From Chiloscyllium plagiosum (lineage: Eukaryota), in the NCBI RefSeq assembly GCF_004010195.1, contig NC_057720.1:29227732-29291731 (forward strand): 64,000 nucleotides of DNA, in the 5' to 3' direction. The notes beneath the pieces are model-generated. The model was not told the origin of the DNA and did no database searches. It saw only the letters and a list, made by a program, of their open reading frames with translations. Below, piece by piece: positions 25,842-37,924 of the stretch. Position 1 is the stretch's first letter. Each line of letters opens with the position of its first letter. The translations under genes were made by a program, and so were the position numbers.

Positions 25842-25895
25842 ATGGTGAGGCAGACTTTGATAACAGAACTGAAAAACTTTCAACATTTCCTCAAG
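25842..25895 (+). CDS. MKNK1: MKNK1 N-terminal coding exon MVRQTLITELKNFQHFLK
   Basis: Acceptor gacag at 25838-39, ATG at 25842 with A-3/G+4-type context (gatATGG), perfect donor aag|gtaagc. The peptide resembles the first coding exon of MNK kinases (human MKNK2 MVQKKPAELQGFHRSFK, also ending on K at phase 0). Confidence 0.7.
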
Positions 25896-28800
25896 GTAAG
25901 CATCACAAAGGCAAATATTAATTTCCATTGATAAAAGTAACTGATAGGGTCATAGTAATAGATGGAGTCATGCTATTACGTCAGTGATGTACTGAAATTG
26001 TCAATTGTGTATGATATTCTGTCTAATTTAGTCGAAGAAACAGGACCAAATGATTGATCTACAGAAGGAATGAAATTCTCTAGATACTTGGAAAAGGAAG
26101 GGTATAGTGTTTGGTTCTGCAAATCCTTACTCTGGCAGTGCGCTGAAATTCAAGCCCTGCTATTCCCAGAAATATCACCAGAGTGAAAGTTTTTATAAAA
26201 GGATGTGAAATTTCCCAGTTTACCTGTCTTTTTAAACCCATGTTGAAAAAGAGTGCAAATCAAGTTTCTGCACTTAACAAGACTTGAAACATAGAACAAT
26301 ACAGCGCAGAACAGGCCCTTGATGTTGCGCCGACCTGTGAACTATTCTAAGCCCATCCCCTTACACTATCCTATCACCATCCATATGCTTATTCAAGGAT
26401 AAGTATCTATCCAAGGACTAATATTTACTAAGATTTGATTCGAGCAACAGGTTTCAACTACCTATCAACTATCAACATCTAACAGTACCAGCTAAGACAC
26501 AGTCTCACACCCACACTCACATGGAGAGAAACAAATCATTGGTATTATGGTAGAGGGAAAAAAACTGGGAAGACTCAGGAACCTCTGAAAATAAATTATC
26601 TGTTTAATGTCTGTTTTAAATGGCCAACTCTGAGTTCCAGATCCTGTAATGAGAGAAACCAATCCACATCTGCTCTATCAAAACCCTTCAGGATTTTGTG
26701 TTTCAATCAAATTGCCTCTTACTCTTTTAAAATGCAATAGATAATCCAAAGCCTTAGCCTGTCCAACCTGCCTATGGACACAGCCTGACCATTCCAGATA
26801 TTAGTCTAGTAAAACCTGTCTGAATTGTCTCCAACATGTTTACGTCCTTCCTTAAATTAGATAACTATACCTTCCATCCCTTCATTTATGTCATTTATGT
26901 AAATTATAAACCGTTGTGGTCCAAGCAATAATCTCTGTGGCACAGCACTCATTATATTTTGCCAACCTGAGAAAAAAAAAATTACACCGAGTCTCTCCTT
27001 CCTGTTAGCCTTTCTTATCCATGTCAGTATGTTACCCCAACACTATGAGCACTTATTTTTTACAATAATCTTTCACTTAGCACCTTCCCCTTTATCCACC
27101 ATCTCAACTCCATGGGTTAGTCAAACATGATTTTCCTTTCACAAACCATGTTGACACTTTGATTGTTTTGAACATGTGCAGGTACCCTGTTACAACTTCT
27201 TTCATAATAGTTTCTATCATTTTCCCATGGTAGGTATTAAGCAGACTGGCTAGTAGTTTTCCAACTTTTGCATGCCTCCATTTTTTTGACTAAAGGAATT
27301 ACCTTCACTATCTTCTGACTTATTGGTCAAAATCTTGTCTTCTGTTGTCGGAGATAATACTCTGATGGTACCACAAAAATACTATTCTTGTGCTTAAGTA
27401 ATTATATGCTGCTTAACAGATGCAGAGAACTTGACTCTTCCTGATTCTTGCAAGTGATTTCAACAACAGCAGTTCGAATCATCCAGTGACAAACTATCCT
27501 GAAGAAATTACTTGGAATTCAAGATCAAAATCAGGTATCAAATACAAGCCTATTTTAACTACTTTACTTTAACAAAAACTGGAAATCTCATATAAAACTA
27601 GAAAATACTGAAAACACAGCTGCTCAGTCACCGTCTACAGAGAGGAAACATAAAGCATTAATGTTTCACTAGAAATAGTTTCCTGTAGTTGGTATTCTGT
27701 ACTTGTCCATGTTAAATATGCGCTGTTGGTTCAAAATATTACCTTGAGTCCAAAGAAACTCAGATGAAAAGCCTCGCCAAACAGTACTATTTTGTCTTTG
27801 CTGATCAACCTGCTGTGTGCTTCAGCTTTTTAATAACATACAAATATTTGTAGATACTGTACCAGCATTTTTTAAAAATATTTTTAATGTTATTAAGTGT
27901 ACTTAAGACTTTTCCACATGATTCTATAATAGTTATCAAGGTATGCAATATTTTTCACCATTTCATGCAGAACCTTATATGGGGTCCTGCCGTCACATGC
28001 ACCTTGCTGCCATTTACCATGCTATCATCCGTAGCTTTCTGCATTGTGTTCTGCCATCAGTGTATCTTAACAAGCACTTAGACCATTTGCGATCTCAATA
28101 TGTATGTAATTGCACCTGTGAATATACAGCTTTGTATGGATTAGACTTGTTCATGGAAAGTGACAAGTTGAGATCATACATTTAGATATGGGTCCTTAAT
28201 GGATATGGGATAATGTGGCCTCCATTATCAGGTACAGTGCCTGTTTGTCGTATGTTAGAGTGCTATGGTGTTAATTCTGTACTCTGCTATTTTTTTGCCA
28301 TGTTATCTCAGAGAAGCTGATGCTCAGGCATGGCACCTTTACTTAAAGCATTTCCATTACCATATGATTACCTGAATGTTCCCAACAAATAATGGAAAAT
28401 TGTTTTAGAGTATTACTTTGGATACTTTATGTGTAATTTTATCTGGACTTTTCCGTGATCTCAAAGTAAAAACATCACAATTATCTTTTCACTGCACTAG
28501 TCATTTAATTAAATTCTTTTCTGTTCTATGCCTCTGCAGTTAACTTTGCATTTTCAGGCAGTACTGCAATAATGTGGTTCGTCAGCCACCATTTCTGACA
28601 CCTCTAGCGGGATGCCATCACCAAACCCAAATTCCCCTCCCCTCCCTTTGTCAGCCTTCAGCAGGGACCATTCCCTGTGGGCACCCTAGACCACTCTTCT
28701 TGACTTCCAACAGCACCACCAGCACCATCTCCACTCCCTCCCCCCCCGAACTTCCAGTTGCCTGCCACTTCAACACCGTCCTGTTCTGTGGCCAACATCT

Positions 28801-29008
28801 CTGTCTCAAGCTCACTGCAGTGTTCCAGCAAAACTCAACGCAAGCTGGAAGAACAACATCTCATTTTTTTGCTAGGGGATCCCCCAGCCTTTTGGACTCA
28901 ATATTAAGTTCACTAACTTTAGGGCTTGAGCTTTCCCATGTCCTTACCCCAACCCCCACCACCAAGCCTTGTTATCACATAGTCTGCTAATATGCACTAT
29001 CCATTATT

Positions 29009-29253
29009 TAGAGGTGCCAGTGTTAGACTGGGGTGGACAAAGTTAAAAATCACACAACACCAGGTTATACTTTGTTTAAACAACTTGTTTAATATATCAT
29101 TACAACCCCATGACACTGTAACCTCTTTACTATAAATTGTGTCACATGGTTTTGTTCCACAACCACCTGATGAAGAGGCAGCGCCTCGAAAGCTAGTGCT
29201 TCCAAATAAACCTGTTGGACTATAACCTGGCGTTGTGTGTTTTTTTTTTAAAA
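29009..29253. mobile_element. Short inverted-terminus element with hammerhead motif, nested in Penelope
   Basis: aaaaatcacacaacaccaggttata (29045-29069) inverted as tataacctggcgttgtgtgtttttt (29221-29245); TSD cactatcc(a/t)tt(a/g)tt at 28995-29008 and 29254-29267. Confidence 0.7.
29161..29201 (+). ncRNA. Minimal type I hammerhead ribozyme motif
   Basis: aaccac-CTGATGA-A-gaggc(agc)gcctc-GAAA-GC-TA^gtgctt: intact core, perfect 5-bp stem II, palindromic AGCT stem III, stem I aaccac/gtgctt (5 of 6 pairs). Confidence 0.7.
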
Positions 29254-29342
29254 CACTATCCTTTGTTATCCATTAATAGATATTCACCCTCCCAGATCGT
29301 TATCCACTCCTTTGTCTGTCTGACTGCTTCTCTGTCTCTGTG

Positions 29343-29538
29343 GAGTCGAACAGTGTGGTGCTGGAAAAGCAGAGCAGGTCAGGCAGTGTCTGAGGGACAG
29401 GAGAATCAACGTTTCAGGCATAGGCCCATCATCTTGAAATGTCGATTCTCCTGCTCCTCGGATGCTGCCTGACCAGCTGTGCTTTTCCAGTGCCACACTT
29501 TTCGACTCTGATCTCCAGCACCTGCAGTCCTCACTTTC
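29343..29538. mobile_element. Penelope-derived fold-back insertion (family A)
   Basis: gagtcgaacagtgtggtgctggaaaagc and inverted gcttttccagtgccacacttttcgactc. Confidence 0.75.
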
Positions 29539-31359
29539 TTCTCTCTCTTTGGGCTCTATCTTCACTTATCATTTACTCCATCCCCACTCACCTCGACCCT
29601 ATCTTAAGCATATCAACCGACATTTCCTAGCTACGATCAGTTCTGAGGAAGGGGTACTCGACCTGAAATGTTAACTCTGATTTCTCTCACAGATGCTGCC
29701 TCACATGCTCAGCTGTTCAGCAATTTCTATTTCTGTCTCTTGCAATAATGTGATTAGGTCATAAGATGTAGGAGCACAGAAGGCCGTTCAGTTTATCTAG
29801 TCTGGTCTGCCTTTCATGGCTGATCTGATTAGTCCTCCAACTCCACTTTCCCCCATAACTTTTGATTTTGTTATGATTAAAAATCTCTCCATATCTGCCT
29901 TGAAAATACTTAATGACGCAGCCTCAACAGCTCTGTCCCATAAAGAATTCCACAGATTAACTACTGCCTGAGGGAAGAAATTCCCCCTCATCTTTAAATC
30001 TTTAATGCTTAATTCTGAGGTTATGCCATAATGGAGTCTACCGGTCATAGACTCTCCACAAAGGGAAACAACCTCCCTGCATCTGCCTGTGAACTCTCCA
30101 AGAATCTTTTATGTTTCATTAAAATCTCCTCTCTTTTTTTTTCTAAACTCCAATGAGTACGGAACTAATCTACTCAACCTCTTCTCAGAAAAAATCCCGA
30201 CATACCTGGAATTAACCTAGTGAACTGTACTGCACTCACTGCCCATGTTTTCTTTTACACAAGGGGTCTGAACTTTCACTGTTACAGGTGTGATCTGACT
30301 AGTGCATTGCATAGTTTTAGCAAGGTCTCCCTAATTTTGTATCTCTTTACCTTTGAAATAAAGGGCAACATTCCATTTGCCTTCCCTGTTATCTGCTGAA
30401 CTTGAATACTAGCTTTTTGTGACTCATGCAAGAGGGCCCCCAAATCCCTCCATGCTGCAGCTTTCTACAGCTCATAGAATCAATAAAACTTTACAGTAGA
30501 GAAGGACACCATTCAGTCCATTGTGTCAGTGTGGATTCCTGAAAGAACTACCACCTAGTCCCATTCTTCAGCCCTGTTTCTGTAGCCCTCTAAGTTCATT
30601 GCATTCAAATTGTTTCCAGCTCGCTCTTGAAACCTCTAAGGAATTCACATCCATCACTCTCCAAGGCAGCGTATTCCAAATCCTAACAACTCGGAGTAAT
30701 GAAGTTTGTCTTCCTCTCACTCCTAGCTCTCTCGCTGACATAGCAACTAGTGGAAACAGAGTATCCCTCTTTACCCTATCATCATCATTCATAATTTTTA
30801 TCAACTCAATAAAATCACCGCTTAATCTTTGCTGCAAGCAGAATAAACCCAATTTCTCTAATATTTCCTTGCATCTTAAAACAAAAAGTCCCTCATTCCT
30901 GGCATCATTTTAATAAGTCCCCTTTGCACACTCTCCAGGGCTTTAACATCCTTAAATAAGGTACACTGAACTGAATGCTGTACTTCAAATCTGGTCTGTC
31001 CAATGGTTTGCTGAGGTGTAGCATCACTAGCTTTTGTACTCTGTCTCTCTTGTACACCCAAGGATCCTGTATAAGTCATCATAATAACTGTTTCAACTTT
31101 CCTGGCCACCTTCAGAGAATTAAGCATTTGAACCCTGAGGTCCATCTGCTCCTGTATTCTCCTCATTGTACCATAGAGCTTGTATTGTTTCTACATTTAA
31201 ATAAATGTTTAGCTCTTCTATTCTTCCTGCTAAAGAGCAATATAATTTCCTCATATTCTGTTTCACATGTCAAGATTTTACCCACTCATTTAACTGGTCT
31301 ATAATCCAATGAAGAAACTTTGTGTCACGCTGACCATTTCTGTAACCACCTATTTTAGT

Positions 31360-31596
31360 CGGCGAAAGTGAGGACTGCAGAGGCTGGAGTTTAGAGTTGA
31401 GAGTTTGGTGCTGGAAAAGCACAGCAGGTCAGGCAGCATCCAAGGAGCAGGAAAGTCAATGTTTCAAGCAAAAGCCCTTCAACAGGAAAACCCTTCCTCA
31501 GGAATCTGATGAAGGGCTTTTGCCTGAAACGTCGATTTCTTTTTGCTCCTTAGATGCTGCCTGACCTGCTGTGCTTTTCCAGCACCATACTCTTGA
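31360..31596. mobile_element. Penelope-derived fold-back insertion (family A)
   Basis: Perfect 13-bp TSD cacctattttagt at 31347-31359 and 31597-31609; long inverted arms. Confidence 0.85.
31506..31533 (+). ncRNA. Minimal hammerhead ribozyme core
   Basis: CTGATGA-A-gggc(tttt)gcct-GAAACGTC: intact core, ACGT palindromic stem III, GTC cleavage triplet; stem I poor. Confidence 0.55.
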
Positions 31597-33369
31597 CACC
31601 TATTTTAGTGTCATTTGCAAACTTGGCAGTTGTACATTTACTTCCATCATCAAATTTATTAATATATATTGCAAACAATTGTCAGTCCAGATCTGATCCT
31701 CGTGGCATTCCACTAGTTATAGGTTGTTGTCATCCTGAAAAAGACCCTTTATCCCAATTTTGTCGTCTTTAGTTAGCCAATCCGCTATCCTGTGCAAAAA
31801 ACTACCTTCAAAATCAGGGACTCTTGTTAAATAGCAATGTATACAGTACTTTACATATTAATGACTGATGGAAGTGAACGTACAATTTAAGACTAATACA
31901 GTATTTATTCATTTCCTTTGTCTGGTTCCCTATTATTATTGCACCAACCATATCCATTAAGGGGCCTGTGCTTACTTTAAAGAAGCCCTTACTGTCATTT
32001 TTGACGTTACTTGTTCATTTATCCTCTTAGTTTATTTTCTCCTCCTCTATTTTATTTGGTCACCTTTTGTTGGCATTTAAAACTTTCCCAATTCTTCTTG
32101 TACCACTGATCTTTGCCACATTGTATGTTTTTATTTTTTTCACTTTCTTACTATTCTTAATTTCTTTGGTTTAGCATGGTCAATTTATCCTCCTTCCTAA
32201 AGCTTTTCTTCATCCTGGAATAGATTTGCTGTGAGCCATGAACCATTTACTCCCATCACTGACTTCATTCGCTTATTAGTTCTTCCTCCAGCCAAATGGA
32301 ATATGCATTATTTGGTCCAAGACCAATTTGTACTATCTTACTTATTTTCATACTTATTAAGTGACCGCAATGCCTCCTTGTCCTTGTGAAAAATTACATG
32401 TCCCTGAATATTTTGTTTTGTTTTACATGTTATAAATTTCTTTCATACTCTAATTTTCTACCCTTTTAATGTATTGGTAATTTTTTTGCTTTTGTTTGGT
32501 ATTCTTTCTGAACTGCCACTTTGCAAAATTATGTCTTTTGAGTTTGACTTTGACTTTCTTATTATGTTTGACTTTTTTACTTAACAATAGAGGTATGTGC
32601 CTTCGAATTTTTATTTGTTGGAATATATCTGTTCTATGCTTTCTGTAATATTTCATTAAATGTTTGCCACTACATCTCTATTATCCCTTAACATTCATTG
32701 CCAGCTGATGTTCACTGACTCTGTTTTCATATCCTCATAATTACCTTTATTAAAACAAGATAGTAGTCTTGGACTACGAAATGAATGTAAAATTCAGTCA
32801 TACTGTGATTGTACCTACACGGGTATTTTTCCTGTAAGGTTAGTAATTAATCCCACCTCATTGGTAAAAGCCAAGCCTAGCTTGGTCTCTGGTTGATTCC
32901 ATAACATGCTGGTCTAAGAAATTGTTCTGAAAGCACTTGAATTCTTCATCTGGTCTGATTTTTCCAGTTTGTAAATTGGTTAAAACCCTATGGTAATCAC
33001 TGTGCCCTTTTGACAAGCTCCTATTATTTGTCTCCTGATACATTGCCCTATCACGTGATTAATGTTTGGGAATCCGAACACCACTCCTACAAGTGACTAC
33101 TTGCCTTTATCTTTCCTCAAAGAACAGGGAGAGAGGTGAACCCAATGAGTTAAAGCAGCACGCAGAGAGGTGAATGAGGAAAGTAGCTGTGGGGGAAGCA
33201 GCTCACCACAGAGTGAAAAAAGCAGTGATATCACAAGAAAACTGTCAGGAAGCTGTTGGCTAAGGAAAGGTGCAAGTGCACGTGAATGATAAGACTGACT
33301 GTTAGCAGAAAATAAAAAGAATTTGACAATGTCGTATTGCCCAAAGGAATTGTACAAGAGTATGCACTT

Positions 33370-34520
33370 TGATAATAGAATAAACATAAAGGCTTTTTAT
33401 CTGAATGCACAAAGCATTTGTAGTAAAATTAATGAGTTGACAGCACAAGTAGACAAATGGGTATGATTTGGTGGTGATTATGGAGACACGGTTGCAGGGA
33501 GACCTGATTTGAGAATTGAAGGTCCAAGAGTACTTGGTGTTTTGGAAGATAGGCAGGAAGGAAATGTAATATTTAAAATGGATTTTAATGACTTGGATGC
33601 AAGGATCTATAGTAGATTTGCAGATGACACTATAATAGCTGAAAAAGTTAACTGAATTAAAGAAATAATAAATTTGCAAATTGACATGGATAGGTTAGGT
33701 AAATTGGCCAAAATTTGGCACAAGGAGTTTAACATGGAGAAGTGTGAGATTATCCATTTTGGTTCGAAGAATAGAAAAACAGCTTTTTATCTTAGCAGAA
33801 AGAAACTTCAGTGCGCCTCAGTGCAGAGGCATCTCATGCATAAATCACAGAAAATAAGTGTGCAGGTGCAGCAGATCATAAGGACGGCAAATAGAATTTT
33901 GTCATTTATTGCAAAAAAAATGAAGTATAAAAGGAGGAAGTGTTGCTGTAACTGTACAAGGCATTAAAGAGACTGCATCAGGTGTATTACATATAAATTT
34001 GGTCCTCTTACTTGAGGAGGGATGGAGTTGTATTGGAGGCAGTTCAAACTAGGTTCACTAGATTGATTCCAAAGGTGAGGGGTTTGGCTTATAATGGGAG
34101 ATTGAGCATTTTAGGCCTGTACTCTAGAATTTAGAAGAATGAGAGGAGATCTAATGGATGTATGTAAGATGCTGAAGGTCATTGGAAAAAATAGACGTAG
34201 AGAAGATGTTTCATCTTCTGGGGCAATCAAAAATGAGATGTCATAATCTTAGGATAAGAGGTAGCAGATTTAAAACATAAACTAGGAGTATATACTTCTC
34301 TCAAAAGTTCATGACTCTGAAATTCACCACCTAGACTGCAGTGGATTGTGGGACATTAACTAAATATAAGAAGGAGGTAGCCAGATTTTTAATTAGTACT
34401 GGGTTGAAGGGTTATGGAAGATAGGCAGGAAAGTGAAGTTGAAGCTGAAATGAGATCAGTCATGATCATATTAAATGACAGAGAAGGGTTGAATTCTCTA
34501 CTCCTCCTTGTTCATTATGT
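33370..34520 (+). mobile_element. Decayed CR1 LINE (internally deleted)
   Basis: ORF 33674-33967 QIDMDRLGKLAKIW..FNMEKCEIIHFG; CR1 3' end. Confidence 0.8.
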
Positions 34521-37500
34521 TTATATGTATGTTCATTTTTCCCTAAGCTGTTTCTGTATCCTGGTATTTAGATTATCCCTGTCTATTGTATTAACTTCAT
34601 CTTGAATTAACAGAATCACTCCTCCACCCTTTCCTAACTTCCTGTCTTCCTGAAATTTGCATACTCTTTGATATTCTTGTTGCAATTTAGATCATCCTGT
34701 AGCCTCGTCTCAGTAATAGCCACTAGATCATACCTGTCTCGGTTTGTATTGTTAGTTCATCTGTTTTGTTTTGATCACTACAACTTCTTTCCTTTTATTA
34801 TTTTTATAACCTCCAGTCTTATCTGATTTGCTTGTAGATCTGTATTCTCTGTTCCTTCCTGTCATTACCTGTTTATCATTTCCCAAATTAATTCCTTCCT
34901 TTGTTACCTTTTACCCCTCTTTGATTCACTACACCTACCCAGATTTGGGTCCTTGCCCCTGCTGTTTAGTTTAAAAGGTGGTTCTATTGCAGCAAGTACT
35001 GTGTACAATAATTCAAGTACAGTCAGACTTGGGTACCGACTCTGAGATGTTTAAGCAACAGTAACAACATATAATTATGTAGCATTTCTAACGTGATAAA
35101 ATGTCCAAAATATTTCAAAGGAGAGGTGATCAAACAAATTTGATACCTAAAGGAGGATTGGGCCAAAAACTTTGCCCAAGTGTTAGGTTTTCAGGGGAAG
35201 AGAGATGTAGAATGATTCAGAAAGAGAATCTAAGAGTGGAGTTAATCTTGCTTTTTCTGACCCTCCTTTAACTGATCCTATCTTTGCTCTTGTTTCCTTG
35301 CTCAGGAGTGTGGCTTGATCTGATTTGCGAGCTCTTGTTTGAAGAAATTTGTTCAAATTGCTAAAATATTTGGTGAGATTAAATCTGCTGATGAACAGAT
35401 GAACACTGCATATGCTAACATGTTGAGCTGAAAGGCGAAAAACAAAACTACTAACAGCAAAAACTAGATTGGGTGGTCCCCAATTTATTTCTTAGGTGTT
35501 ATAGATTATGTACAAAAAAACTTACTGTCTACAGCAGTAAAAAAAGAATTTTGTAAAGTCACATTGCATATGAGACCTAATTAAGCAATTTGATTGCTAT
35601 TGATATGTGAACTTGTTCATGTCAGCTTCTGGCATGAAGCATTTTGCAAGAGGAAGAGAAGCAAGATGTCACAAGTTTTATCAAATAAAAACAATCAAAA
35701 TAAGGTGGAAAAATTATTCTGAAGGGCCAAGGTATGTTGTGTAGCATAGCACCAAGTTTGAAATGAATAAAATTTGGAGAGATGACCATTTGAGATCTGA
35801 AGGGGGGTGATGGGGAGAGGAATTATTTATAATGGGATACTGTGTCGTGAGTTTTCATTTTGGAACAGTGGCAAACTGTTAAGAAGGAGCAAGAAAAGGA
35901 AATTTGGAGTGAATGCTCAGTGATAATTGATGGTCTTTAAGTTCCACCTCTACGGTTTATTTATTATAAAAAAAAGACTAAGATACAACATTTGAATCAT
36001 GAGGTTTAAACTGGATAGTCCTCAAAAATGGGTGGGAAGTTTTTAACATGAATTTAATCGTTGACCTTCCAGTGTAATGTCGTCAGCACTTGAACGTTTT
36101 GCAGCCACCATGAGCTGTGCTGTTCTTTGGCTGTATGCATTACAGTGAGCTCAAAGTCAAAACTTGCCAGCACCAATTAAAACTGGTCTGGACCTCTTGA
36201 AGAGGTGTTGCTGAAGTTTATAGGAAGTCAGTGCAACATAGGAAACAATAAATGATGTTGCAAGCTGGGAGACAATGGGATCTACTCTGTTTGGACATTG
36301 CATGGGAGCTTATTGGACGGTTGGAAGGCAGGAGACATGTATCCACTGGAGGTCATGCAAACACCTCAAACAGGCAGTGGATCTAAATAACCATGGGAGC
36401 TGGTGCCAATAGTCACTTACTGTGGCCTAAGAAGATCAGCTTCATCTCACTGTCACAGTTAGCAATTCTGCAAGCTTCACACTCATGTCTTTCAACTTGT
36501 GCTCACGACTGCTAAATTTGATCATAAGAGTCACATCACCTAAGTACATTGCATGACATTCACTAATAGACTTGCTTCTCTCTTTCTGGACATATCTTTA
36601 CTGCCATTGAGATTGTGCAGGTTATTATGGGATGCCCTATTCCGAGGATGGGCCTGAATCCATCAAAGCTGATGGTAACGTCAGAGCTAATAACCTTCTC
36701 ACGTCCCACTTTCCCTTCTTCTCACTCTATATTCTGATTAGCAAGCTGCAGCCTGCACGCATTGATACCTCCCCACTCCCAACACACTAGAACCACAGCA
36801 CAAACCTGCCTCTGTGACTTCCACTCTGCAGATACACAAGAGGGAGTGAAAAAACTGTTAAGAAGAAAGTAATGATGAAGACACAGCTCTATTACTTTAC
36901 AGTTGCGTCCACCAGTCAGATAGTGACATTGCATCTATCTTAGAGCATAGATCCGCAGAAGGTGAGACATTAAGAAGGAATGAGCCACAACAGGGGCAGA
37001 ACACAAAGACAGGAGTTGCTGAACGATGAGAGAATTGGCATAATTCAACTGGTGGTACTTGCTAAGTGATGTGACAACCTACAATCCTAGAGAAGCCCAC
37101 GTGCTTTGCTCAACTAGCTTACCTCTGACTTCCCTTATGCAATATTGAATAGCACATTGCGAGATGTTGCAAATACTACCAACTAAACTTTTACCACTAA
37201 AAACTGTAGTCCCTGTCCTATTCTAAGGTGGCAGTATTGTTGCAATAGGTTGCAGATTTCAGTGAGGATGCTTTTACAATAGGAGTCATTGTAGGGCATT
37301 TACGACCTGCCAATTATAGAGGGCTGATGGGTTGAATAATAGGAGTAAATTGTCCAATTTTTGGTCACAGGTGTAAGTTGTAGAGATCTCTGATCCAGAG
37401 ATAATGAGAGCAGTGATAAAGTAGATAGAGGGGGTGGTGTGAGTGTATTTAATTGCAAATGATAGAACAAGGATGTCCATTGAAGCTAACCTTTCTGAGA

Positions 37501-37822
37501 TACAAAGTACAATTTGTCCTAGCATAGTATCTGAATAAATAGAGGTATGACTAATGACAGATAAAGCTTTTGAGAAGACATGTTTCTCTCTGATCGAGAA
37601 TAATTGATTGTCAGTCGTCTGCAGCATCTTGAATTCCATAAATATGATTTCTGTGTCGCAGTAGAACTTAATCCTTCAGTTTCTCATGTTTGCTAGCATT
37701 TATTTCCTTCCCAGCAGTGTGCAGAGTGGGATGGGTTGATAAAAGGAGAAGTTCATAATATTTGAATGATCATCCAAACAATAAATATTGTTACATGTAC
37801 ATTTAAGTGTTTTTCTTCACAG

Positions 37823-37924
37823 AAATTATGTCCAGTCAGCCAGTCAATATTATTGATATTGGAAAGCGGAAGAAGAAAAAGAGAAGAACCAGGGCTACAA
37901 ACAGCCTTACTGGAAAGTTTGAAG
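37823..37924 (+). CDS. MKNK1: MKNK1 exon: (E)IMSSQPVNIIDIGKRKKKKRRTRATNSLTGKFE, polybasic NLS/eIF4G-binding region
   Basis: ttttcttcacag acceptor, gaag|gtaatt donor, 102 nt, phase 1-1. ATG at 37828 corresponds to the tetrapod-type MNK1 start. Confidence 0.95.

Larger units (their letters stand above)
28575..29740 (+). mobile_element. Decayed Penelope-like element (GIY-YIG C-terminal remnants and 3' terminus) carrying two nested insertions
   Basis: PVACHFN and LEEQHLIF-type remnants homologous to 54219-55118; terminus ctgaggaagg..gaaatgttaactctg. Confidence 0.65.
29760..33120 (-). mobile_element. Cluster of decayed CR1 fragments
   Basis: ORFs LKMRGNFFPQAVVNLWNSL, VKALESVQRGLIKMMPGM and FLDQHVMESTRDQA on the minus strand. 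Confidence 0.7.

Noticed and set aside
26486..26550. Other open 3n+1 candidates for the bridging exon (also about 28186-28231 and 34993-35032)
   Set aside because: Weak acceptor or donor and no resemblance to MNK N-termini; cannot be supported without transcripts
27432..27434. In-frame TGA as selenocysteine
   Set aside because: MNK kinases are not known selenoproteins and the 3' UTR where a SECIS would lie is outside the window
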